A stretch of DNA of 64,000 nt from Eledone cirrhosa (lineage: Eukaryota), in the NCBI GenBank assembly GCA_964016885.1, contig OZ024742.1, forward strand, positions 120,466,001 through 120,530,000, in the 5' to 3' direction. Below the pieces are notes generated by a model. The model saw only the letters and a list, made by a program, of their open reading frames with translations, searched no databases and had not been told where the DNA came from. Shown here in pieces: positions 49,220 to 60,458 of the stretch (positions within the stretch are counted from its first letter, which is position 1; every line of letters begins with the position of its first letter). A program made the position numbers and the translations under genes.

Positions 49220-51502
49220 ATTTCACCTTCACAGTGAACCAGTGCAATATTCACCTCCACAGTGAAACTGGTGTATTATTCACCTCCACAGTGAAACTGG
49301 TGTAATATTCACCTCCACAGTGAAACTGGTGTAATATTCACCTCAGCAGTGAAACTGGTGTAATATTCACCTCCACAGTGAAACCAGTATAATATTCACC
49401 TCCACAGTGAAACTGGTGTAATATTCACCTCAGCAGTGAAACTGGTGTAATATTCACCTCAACAGTGAAACTGGTGTAATATTCACCTCAGCAGTGAAAC
49501 TGGTGTAATATTCACCTCAGCAGTGAAACTGGTGTAATATTCACCTCCACAGTGAAACTGGTGCAATATTCACCTCTGCAGTGAAACTGGTGTAATATTC
49601 ACCTCCACAGTGAAACCAGTGCAATATTCACCTCCACAGTGAAACCGGTGCAATATTCACCTCCACAGTGAAACCAGTGTAATATTCACCGCCACAGTGA
49701 AACTGGTGTAATATTCACCTCCACAGTGAAACTGGTGTAATATTCACCTCCACAGTGAAACTGGTGTAATATTCACCTCAGCAGTGAAACTGGTGTAATA
49801 TTCACCTCAGCAATGAAACTGGTGTAATATTCACCTCCACAGTGAAACTGGTGCAATATTCACCTCTGCAGTGAAACTGGTGTAATATTCACCTCCACAG
49901 TGAAACCAGTGCAATATTCACCTCCACAGTGAAACCGGTGCAATATTCACCTCCACAGTGAAACCGGTGTAATATTCACCTCCACAGTGAAACTGGTGTA
50001 ATATTCACCTCCACAGTGAAACTGGTGTAATATTCACCTCCACAGTGAAACTGGTGTAATATTCACCTCCACAGTGAAACTGGTGTAATATTCACCTCAG
50101 CAGTGAAACTGGTGTAATATTCACCTCAGCAGTGAAACTGGTGTAATATTCACCTCCACAGTGAAACTGGTGTAATATTCACCTCCACAGTGAAACTGGT
50201 GTAATATTCACCTCAGCAGTGAAACTGGTGCAATATTCACCTCCACAGTGAAACTGGTGTAATATTCACCTCCACAGTGAAACTGGTGTAATATTCACCT
50301 CCACAGTGAAACTGGTGTAATATTCACCTCCACAGTGAAACTGGTGTAATATTCACCTCAGCAGTGAAACTGGTGTAATATTCACCTCCACAGTGAAACT
50401 GGTGTAATATTCACCTCAGCAGTGAAACTGGTGTAATATTCACCTCAGCAGTGAAATTGATGCAATCGAGCTGATAAACTCCGACATCACACACTTACAC
50501 CTCTCCAAGACAATGTCACTGGACCGAGACCTTTGGCGGTACTCAGTAACAGAGAAGACCCGCCTTACCTAAATATATAGTAAAACCTACTCCAGCCAGT
50601 AGGCATCTCTAACAAAATACACCCCGTCCCACCACCACCACCCCCACCCCATCCACACCACCCCGTTCTATGTAAAGTTATGTTGGTGCCGCGCCATCGA
50701 GGCCGAAATAAATGAGATCGTGTAGGTGTCACGACAAAAAAACACACAGTCCACGCTGTAATGTGGCCGTGTAGGCAACACGGTAAAAACCTCCCAGACC
50801 CACACTGTAAATGTGGTTGGTGTTAGGAACGGCATCCAACTGTAGAAAACCTGCCAGACAGTCCTATGCGAGCAAGACAATCACTCTTGCCTCAAGTGGG
50901 ACTACCCCCGTCCAAACCCATGCAAGCGTGGAACACGGACGTTAAACGTTGATGATGATGATGATGATGATTCACCTCCACAGTGAAACCAGTGTAATAT
51001 TCACCTCCACAGTGAAACTGGTGTAATATTCACCCCAGCAGTGAAATTGGTGTAATATTCACCCCAGCAGTGAAATTGGTGTAATATTCACCTCCACAGT
51101 GAAACTGGTGTAATATTCACCTCCACAGTGAAACCGGTGCAATATTCACCTCCACAGTGAAACCGGTATAATATTCACCTCCACAGTGAAACCGGTGCAA
51201 TATTCACCTCCACAGTGAAACCGGTATAATATTCACCGCCACAGTGAAACCGGTGTAATATTCACCTCCACAGTGAAACCGGTGTAATATTCACCTCCAC
51301 AGTGAAACTGGTGTAATATTCACCTCCACAGTGAAACTGGTGTAATATTCACCTCAGCAGTGAAACTGGTGTAATATTCACCTCCACAGTGAAACTGGTG
51401 TAATATTCACCTCAGCAGTGAAACTGGTGTAATATTCAGCTCCACAGTGAAACTGGTGTAATATTCACCTCTACAGTGAAACCAGTTTAATATTCACCTC
51501 CA
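49220..51502. repeat. 29-bp minisatellite, about 60 copies in two blocks
   Basis: Unit AATATTCACCTC(CA/AG)CAGTGAAACTGGTGT; interrupted at 50467-50970. Confidence 0.95.
50467..50970 (+). mobile_element. 5'-truncated RTE LINE copy, same subfamily as the long element
   Basis: Nearly identical to 28095-28580. Confidence 0.93.
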
Positions 51503-53477
51503 AACTTGAGAACTCTGTGGGTGTCCCCAACCCCACTGTTAACTAACTGTTATTTACATAATATCTGAAGTTAGTGAAAAATAAATCATGAAAATATTGA
51601 CCTCACAAGTCGACCCTCATTTTACCATTGATTTTTTTTGTCACATATTTCTTGGCTTATATTCACATATATATATGGTAAGTCTTCTTCAAGCTTGGAA
51701 CATCTTATAAATTTTTGAAACTCAAGCTGATTATAATAACAGAAAACAAAAATGCCGTATAAATACACTTTCAGAGCTGTGGCGTTGTTGACTATATAGT
51801 GAAAAATGCGAGCGGATAAATTATCAAAAACAATAGAAAGACAATATACGTCAAATAATGTTGAATAATTAACTATCATTCAAAGATGTTATAAAGGTTA
51901 TAATATAAACCATAGATTTTTGTAAAACTTGCAAATGGATCAACACACTGAAGTTAACAGAACTAGTTAAAATTTAACTAATTATGCTAATTCACTCATT
52001 TGCATACTAATGATCATCTGAATGAACCATAAAGTGTTGACTTCTTGTAGGAATTATCATTCACTAGAATCAATCAAAATCTACTCAATTTCTGGCAGAT
52101 AATTATGCTAAAAATAACTATCCAGGATCATTGATCTCATGATTACTACTACTGTTATCATTCATGTCATTGAACTTCCCATAAAACTCATAGAAATCAT
52201 TTCAAGAAATGTAAAATAAGTCATAAACCTGTCAGGAAGCTTCCATAACAATGTGATCCACAACATTATGGATTTATTTGGAGGTAGCTAGCCTCTCAAA
52301 AATAGGGTTATATAGGTCAATATATAGGATGTGTAGTGTTTTGAACTAGATTATCAAGACCGATATATATCAATATATATCGGCCACACTGGGCTAAGTG
52401 GTTGAATGAATTATTGTAACAACTAATGACTTAGTCTTCGGGTACATGTGTCCTGAACAAGCCAACTTAGCAGAGCACACTCCTCTCCAAGGTATTGATA
52501 ACAATTGTTATTATAATTCCAATCATTATGGTTTTAAGTAGATTGAACTGTTTGGCATGTACAATTTATAGAAAACAAACATTTTGATAGACTGTAAATA
52601 TGAGATCTATTTTTACCTGAAAGATCAATTCATTTAAAAATATTGGACTGATATTCAAATATTTGCATTTTAAATTATATTTATACAAAACATTAAACAT
52701 GTATTTCTCTATAGTAGATGCACTTATTTTGAAGATCATGTGAACAGTTAATTACACTGACAGACATACAAATAAAAAGAGAAAAGAAAATAATTTATAA
52801 TTGAGCAGTAATTAAACAGTAAACAAATATATTTAAAGAGTGCTTCAAACCAAATACACTTTGAAGATTAAATATTGAAAAATTCAGTAACCATAAACTT
52901 TCAAACACGCACACACATGCACACACAAACACGCATGCATACATACAAATATCATAATCAACATCATTTTACATGTACATTCCATGGAAGAACAAGTTGG
53001 ATTGGAAATGACAGTCCGAGTTCTTATTCAGAGTTATTGCCATCCTAGACAGATCAGGGGACCATAACATTTTCATACATTGCAAATTTTGGCATTCAAC
53101 CACTGGATGTCATTCCTAACACCAACCTCTAGGTGCATTTCATTTTGGCACCAGCACAAAGATTGTCATGTCCTCAACAAAATTGAAAACTCCTCTCTAT
53201 GCTATAACGTCTCCATTTAATTCAATTGTCAACTACTTTACAAAGGATACTTAGCTTCACCTTATTGAGATATCCGAGAAGTTGTCTTGTCCACTGCAAG
53301 ACCAAATGGACTGCTCCACACCTTGCAGTCTCCATTTTTCAAGTTATCACCCTCTTAATGCCTGTGGGAGGGGTGGGTAACAAAGAGTTGAAAGATGAGA
53401 AAGTATGATTTGATTGTGACAGAGGGGTTAGGTGCAAGGGAGGAGAGTGCAACTGATGAGCAGGGAATCATGGACAA

Positions 53478-53863
53478 CATCATCATCATCATCATCATCA
53501 TCGTTTAATGTCCATCTTCCACGCTAGCATGGGTTTGGACGGGAATTTTCCCACTTGAGGCAAGATTGGTTGTCTTGCTAGTGTAGGACTGTCTGGCGGG
53601 TTTTCTACGGCTGGATTCCCTTCCTAACACCAACCACGTTTACAGTGTGGACTGGGAGGTTTTTACTGTGTTACCTACACGGCCACATTACAGCGTGGAC
53701 TGTGTGTTTTTTTTTTGTTGTGACACCTACACGACCTCATTTATTTAGGACTGGATGTTGTGGTACCAACATAACTTTACATTGGAAGGGGTAGTGTGGA
53801 TGGGGTGGGGGTAGGGGGACGGGGGTGTATTTTGGTTAAGAGGTTCCTACTGACTGTAGGTTT
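53478..53863 (-). mobile_element. RTE LINE 3' UTR copy
   Basis: Closely matches 36949-37325. Confidence 0.9.
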
Positions 53864-54119
53864 CATTGCAATAGGAATGTCATAGTATGAGACTAAATAA
53901 TGAGTACAAGAAAGGGAGTGTTGTAGATGATAGGGGAGAATTTCATGGGGGTGGGGGTGATAAACAGAATGTGATGATATTGAATAAAATACAAAATTGT
54001 CAATGATTTTTTTTTATATATAATGTTATCTGTCAATGACAGGTATTTATAGTTACTGAGATTTTGTTTTAATTTCAATGTAATCCATACATCCGCTTCC
54101 TCAATCCCCACACACTTTT

Positions 54120-54605
54120 CCTACCAAAGTCCCCAGCCTACACAATAAAGTGGTCATAATGGCAACACAACAAAAAGTGCCCAGCCCACACTGTGAAGTG
54201 GTCATGTAGGTGACGCAACAAAAAAAGCACTCAGCCCACACTGTAAAGTGGTTGTGTAGGTGTAATGACAAAAAAAAAAGAACTCCCAGCCCACACTGTA
54301 AAGTGGTCATGTAGATGTCATGACATAAAAGAAACCACTCAGCCCACACTGTAAGGTGGTCGTGGGGGTGTCGCAACAAAAACTACCCAGCCCACACTGT
54401 AAAGTGGCCATGTAGGTGTCACAATAAAAAGTACCTAGTACTCACTGTAATGTGGTTGGCATTAGGAAGGGCATCCAGCTGTAGGAAACCAAGCCAAAAA
54501 TCAGTTCCGTGTGAGCAAGATGGTCACCTGACTTGGCCTATCACACAAGATGACAACTCTTCTAACCATGCTAGTGTGGAAAAATGGGCGTTAAACGGTG
54601 ATGAT
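54120..54605 (+). mobile_element. RTE-type tail with about 7 diverged 48-bp units
   Basis: Repeated CCCAGCCCACACTGTAAAGTGGTCATGTAGG then the standard tail. Confidence 0.8.
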
Positions 54606-55137
54606 ATTTTTCCTGAAGTTGACAATAATGTGAAACACTCCTACATTTCAGCTAGAGTTGATAGTATGAGAAAAACAATGTTTTTATCCTAGAGGCATGG
54701 AATTATATGACAAATGAAATTAATAATGATTTCTAATTTAGACACAAGGTTGGCAATTTACGTGGATTGGAAAGTAGATAATAAAACCACTAGTACTTTA
54801 CTGGTTACTTTATTTTATTGACTCTAGAAGGGTGAAAGGAGAAGTTGATCTTGAAGCGATTTGAACACACATACCAAAACATCACAAGGCATTTTGTCCA
54901 ATACTTTAGCAATTCTGCCAATCTACAACCCTAATACTGATCATAAAATAATAATAATGGTTTCTAATTTTGGCATAGTGCCAGGGGTTCAAATACATTG
55001 ACTCCAGTACTCAACTGGTACTTTACTTTATCAACTAAAAAAAAGATAGTGGGCTTTCATTCATACCAGAAATGAGCATTCTCTGTCAATGGTGTTGTCT
55101 AGCAGCAAAAACAGATGTTAAATGATGATGATATATG

Positions 55138-55655
55138 TATCATCATCACTGTTTAATGACCATTTTTCCATGCTAGTATGGGTTAGACAAGTTATCCCAT
55201 TGTGAGACAAATCAGGTCAGATGACCATGTCTTGCTTATACAGAACTGATTCTGGTTTGGTTTCTATAACTGGGTGCCCTTCCTAACACCAACCACATGG
55301 TGTGTGATGGGTGGTTTTTGTCGTGATATCTACACAACCACTTTACAGCATGAACTGGGCGTTTTTTGTCGTATCACCTACACGACCACTTTACAGCATG
55401 GACTGGGCACTTTTTTGTTGTGTCACGTACACAACCACTTTACCGCATGGACCGGGCGCTTTTTGTCATGACACCTACATGACCACTTTATAGAGTTGAC
55501 CAGGTGCTTTTTGTCATGTCACCTACACAACCACTTCAGTGTGGACTGGGTGCTTTTTATGGTGACACCTACACAATGATTTTACAGATTTGACTAGTCG
55601 CTTTTTGTCATGTCACCTACACAACCACTTCACAGCGTGGGTTGGGCACTTTTTG
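55138..55655 (-). mobile_element. RTE-type tail with about 7 diverged 48-bp units
   Basis: Reverse-complement counterpart of 54120-54605. Confidence 0.8.
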
Positions 55656-55895
55656 TTGTATATACATTATATATATATGGGATAACAAGTTATCATTATA
55701 GGTAATCCAGTTAGAGGTTGTGAGTACTCCCCGTCATGGATAGTTTTAACGTACGGCTTTCTTTGACTCTACAAGATGTTTCCATAGTTATGCAGAGAGT
55801 TCGCGGTCATTTCTATGCAGGTTATACTTGGAGTTATAATAGTTAAAGAAAGAAAAGTAACATGGTTGGCTGTACAATAAGGGCTTTATTTAAAG

Positions 55896-56004
55896 TACTG
55901 ACAATTGTTTCACTGATCAGGTGTGTCTAGAGTTCGCTAATCACTTGAGGTTGCATCAATCGATCTCCAATACATTGTTTACCACTGGTCAACACATCAG
56001 AGTA
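55896..56004 (-). ncRNA. Degenerate type I hammerhead-ribozyme-like motif (Penelope-type pLTR remnant)
   Basis: TACT-CTGATGT-GTTGACCAG...CTGATCAGT-GAAA-C-AATT-GTC-AGTA, followed by AATAAA. Confidence 0.55.
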
Positions 56005-56007
56005 TGT

Positions 56008-56082
<75 letters not shown>

Positions 56083-56126
56083 TATATACCTATATATATA
56101 TATATACACACACACACATATATACC

Positions 56127-56158
<32 letters not shown>

Positions 56159-56248
56159 TATATACCTATATATATATACACACACACATATATACCTATA
56201 TATATATACACACACACATACCTATATATATATACACACACACACACC

Positions 56249-56294
<46 letters not shown>

Positions 56295-56298
56295 TACC

Positions 56299-56330
<32 letters not shown>

Positions 56331-56343
56331 TACACACATATAC

Positions 56344-56378
<35 letters not shown>

Positions 56379-56492
56379 CATACATACATATACCTATATA
56401 TATATACACACACATATACATATACACACATACCTATATATATATACACACACACATATAGAGGCATATATACATTCATATACACACACATA
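56008..56492. repeat. Compound (TA)n/(CA)n microsatellite with recurring CCTATA
   Basis: Direct inspection. Confidence 0.9.
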
Positions 56493-56509
56493 TAAAGGAA
56501 CGATCGACT

Positions 56510-56706
56510 TTCGTCAAATCGGACCGAGGGAACAATGTTTCCGTTGGTCTTTCCAATTGCTAATACTATCTATCGGTCGCAACTCCAGGTAGAAGGAGCA
56601 ACGTGAAATAAAGTGTCTTGCTCAAGGACATAACGCATCACCTGGTCCAAGAATCGAACTCACAACCTTACGATTGCGAATCCAATTCTCTAACCACTCA
56701 GCCACA
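56510..56706 (-). mobile_element. SINE family B, hairpin-rich tail type
   Basis: Reverse complement of about 15540-15732. Confidence 0.8.
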
Positions 56707-57083
56707 CATTTTACGTCCGCTTTTCCCTGCTTGCAAGTATATGTATATGTATATATAAATATACATATATATATATATATATGTAGATAAATCTACCAAG
56801 AGTTTACGGTAGTGTCCAATCCGTATGAAGAACTCAATGTAATCCGGATATCATGGAAAGAAGACGGCATATATATGTGTTTGGTATGTATATTTAATTT
56901 TGATAGTTTGTATAATTTTGTATAATTTTGTACATAGATCTGTTGAATATGCATGCCAATTCTAACACATATATATCCTAGAAACGATCGTTAAATAATG
57001 AACTTTTTTTGTTTAATATAAGGAACTGTTTCATTGTTTTATTCATTATTTTTTTAATATTTTATATATATATATATATATAT

Positions 57084-57200
57084 ATAGGAACGAGTAGGAC
57101 CCCGACGGCTGAGCTCAAGCCGTTTCGACAGCTAATTCTGAACTAGAATTAGCTGTCGAAACGGCTTGAGCTCAGCCGTCGGGGTCCTACTCGTTCCTAT
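57084..57200. repeat. Perfect inverted repeat, 56-bp arms with 5-nt loop, containing a hammerhead half
   Basis: Arms 57084-57139 and 57145-57200; loop GAACT. Confidence 0.95.
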
Positions 57201-57698
57201 TACCCACTCTACTACCCTAAGTATTGAGTACTTTGGTGCGTTATGGTCCACCTGGTTCCTTACCACATTTCCTTCGTTATATATATATACATACATACAT
57301 ACATACATATATACATATATATGTGTACGTGTATGTAATGTATGTAATGTATGTGTGTGTATCTGTTGAGGTGTTTATATATATGTGTTTATAAAACAAT
57401 GGGTTATGTAAAAGTAATAAACATTTTTGACGCTGCTACAAGTCTAGAAATGTGTGCAGGAGGAATATTGTGAATTATATAGACAACTCCAGCTATTTAA
57501 CTAATGTATTTTATCAACTCCAGATGATTAAAAAGTGAAAAGATAAAGTGAAGAAGCATCTAACTGGAAGAAGATAAATTTTATAGAAACATTGTGAATA
57601 TAAATTTAGTCAAATTTTATTTTCATAAGAAACATTTAAAATCTGTTGATTTAAAAACAGAAAATAGAAGTCTCCAACTATTGATCATAGACATGCAA

Positions 57699-57732
<34 letters not shown>

Positions 57733-57814
57733 ATAATAATAAAATTGAAGACTAAAATCCAAAGAGGGCTCGATAAGGAAAATATATATCAAATATATAA
57801 GAACCGTAGAGCAA

Positions 57815-57943
57815 ATATTTATTAAAATAACAGATTAAAGTTTAAGCAAAGAATCGCTGCTTTCACCCTTAACGGGATCTTCTGAAGATCCCGTTAAGGG
57901 TGAAAGCAGCGATTCTTTGCTTAAACTTTAATCTGTTATTTTA

Positions 57944-57951
<8 letters not shown>
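57815..57951. repeat. Perfect palindrome, 68-bp arms with 1-nt centre, centred on CTGAAGA
   Basis: Arms 57815-57882 and 57884-57951. Confidence 0.95.
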
Positions 57952-57988
<37 letters not shown>

Positions 57989-58157
57989 AGAGTGTTAAAG
58001 TTTGCTTGGAACATTGTGGAATATTAAAAAATAGTTGTTTTGGAAGTCTCAACAATGCAGATGTGTAACAGAATTAGGTGGTAATGAGAGAGGGAGATGT
58101 AAGAGGAAATATAGAAAGAGACGTAGAGAGCTTAAAGAATGAAGGAAAAGTGTAAAA

Positions 58158-58293
58158 AATAATTGTTTCTACTTTAGGCACAAGGCCAGCAAATACCCAG
58201 TGCATTACTGGTACTATATTTTATCGACCCTGTAAGGATGAAAGGCAAAGTTAACCTCGGCGGGATTTGAACTCAGAATGGAAAGGGCCGTAA
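58158..58293 (-). mobile_element. SINE family A, head truncated
   Basis: Matches 38924-39060. Confidence 0.8.
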
Positions 58294-58419
58294 CACAAGA
58301 TAGAGTTACTTTGGAAGCGACTTAATAGTCCCTATATTTCGGATTTCACATCCAACAACAGAGGGGTTTTCCAAGGGGAAATAGTTACATCGGAGGACAA
58401 TGCGTGGCACACAGTAAAC

Positions 58420-58670
58420 AACGAAGGCCACGTGTTGTCCTTCTATGTTGTCTTTCTATGGCTGAAAGCCCTTCCTATCACCAACCACTTCACAGGGTGG
58501 GGGGAGCACAGCTGCGAGAAATGTGTGTCCCTGTGCAGGGGTGGGGGGGGGGGGGGGTTGAAGTAGTGAAGTTGAGAATAACTGTTAGGGGGTGCTAGTG
58601 GAAAGAAGAGGGTAGATCTGGTCACATTGTAAGCTGCAGGTCGAGTCTTCTTCAGCACTGCATAGCGACA
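58420..58670 (-). mobile_element. 3' end of another RTE subfamily
   Basis: Minus strand encodes RYAVLKKTRP (compare WRYSVTEKTRL), then GGTTGGTGATAGGAAGGGC. Confidence 0.65.
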
Positions 58671-58679
58671 TATATATAT

Positions 58680-59010
58680 GTTCAATTCTCAGACCAGGTG
58701 ATGTGTTGTTTCCTTGAGCAAGACACTTTATTTCACATTGCTCCAGCTTAGTCAACTGTAGAAATGAGATGATAGGACTGGGTTCCTATCATTCCACTGC
58801 AAAGTGGTCGTGGAGGTGCCACAGCAAAAAAGCACCCAGCCCACACTGTAAAGTGGACGTGTAGGTGCCACGGAAAAAAAGCACCCAGCACTCATTGTAA
58901 ATGAGGTTGGTGTTAGGAAGGGCATCCAGCTGTAGAAATCAAGCCATAATCAGTTCCCGTCCCACCCTTGCAAGCAAGAAAAAGCGGACATAAAATGATG
59001 ATGAAATGAT
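58680..59010 (+). mobile_element. SINE family B with RTE tail, 5'-truncated
   Basis: Matches 16071-16348 but has one more 48-bp-type unit. Confidence 0.85.
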
Positions 59011-59951
59011 AATATATATATATATAAACATATACACACACACATATATCCCTGTCAGATTGACACGCTCGATCATCACCTTTTCAAAAAAAGTATATCA
59101 TACACAAAACCCCAGTGTCGACAGTTTTCCAAGAGATGGCAACATGAAATGAACTGTTATTTTTCTCTAAAAGAACTTTTTCTGGCCTGCTTGTCTCCTC
59201 AATGTTTCTATTTCTTTTTTAATTTCCCATTCTATCTTCTGATGAAGGACTAGCATCTGAAACATTAAGACCTCTTTTCCTACTACATCAAGAGTAAAAC
59301 TAATAATATATTTCTTCATTGTGCTGTGTCGTTTGCTTTCTTATTTTTGTTTGCCTTTTGCTGTGTGTGTGTGGAAAACGGACGTTAAACAATAATGATG
59401 ATGATGATGATGATGATAGAGAAAAATAAAGAAAAGTAGATTAATTTGGAAGTATGAGGATGCTAAAGATATTTAAAGGAAAGGGTTAAAGAAAAAAAGA
59501 AATGGAAAAGAAATTAAAAAGTAGCTGACAGTGTTTAGATGTTTTCCTCAATCTTGAATTAATTTTAATTATTACAGAAACTAGGATAGATTAAAAAAGA
59601 TTTCTCCAGTCTCTATTTCAATCTTAGTCGTAGTAGAATTGTATTTTATTTATTTATTGCTCATTAATTCAGCAAACAGAAGATTGAAGACTTACAAATT
59701 TTAAAACTAGTCGTTTTTATCTATACTGAAAAGATGCAAATATCACATACCTGTTCGGCTGCTGCTGTATATTTGTTCAAAACTTAAGTTTCACTCTGTC
59801 ACTACTATAAGTTTCTGATATGGTATGACGTACATCAAGTCTATGATAAGTATCAAAAATACTACTATTACTATCATTAATGATGAATAGTTACACAGAA
59901 ACAAAAATAGATGCATTGTTAAAGAGAAAAATGTTTATCTATATCTAACAG

Positions 59952-60458
59952 AGCCTCACAAATGCTTCTGCGGATTTACTGTGGATTCTTTCAGTCTCCA
60001 TTAACTGTCATGCTGTTACAGTGACGACTGCTTCTCATGCCATGCTGCTCTTAATGAGATAAAAAAAACATGGCCTGAATGGTACAGGCATCCCTTCCCA
60101 GCTTGAGCCAGCAAAGCTGGACAGAGGGGGCAACAAAGGGCTAGACGGCATGACAATCTTCACGTTCCACAGGAGTAGGCCCCTCAGCTTCGATGCTAGA
60201 TGTTGCCACACATTGGATGCTACTTGTTGCAACCTGGTGCATTCAGCTACCAGTCCAGGCTTCACTGCCCACCAGATCAAAGAGAGCAAACTGTTAAAGT
60301 ATCGGCTGCGCTTTGACAGGTTTGTGTTTGAGCCTGTGGCAGTAGAGACTTCCGCAGTTCTTGGCACCCAGATAACATCCCTGCTAAGTGGGGTGGTTGT
60401 TCCAGCGCATTTCCCTCGCCATCCTTCAGGACAATGTTTTTTCCATCCTGTCGACTAG
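59952..60458 (+). pseudogene. CRE-type non-LTR retrotransposon C-terminus: CCHC zinc knuckle + restriction-like endonuclease
   Basis: HKCFCGFTVDSFSLH*LSC...HAALNE / GIPSQLEP..LDRG..KGLDGMT...LSFDA...ESKLLKY...FEPVAVET / WLFQRISLAILQDN. Confidence 0.85.

Larger units (their letters stand above)
49025..51678. mobile_element. Tc2/pogo-like MITE inflated by a minisatellite and a LINE
   Basis: Ends TA|ACATATATGCTTGAAAATAAG and GGCTTATATTCACATATATATATGG|TA; subterminal regions match 20215-20402 and 12058-12561. Confidence 0.7.

Noticed and set aside
56938-57000. Fifth hammerhead-like motif (CTGTTGA...GAAACGATCGTT)
   Set aside because: Palindromic stem III is present but the core is mutated and stems I and II are unconvincing
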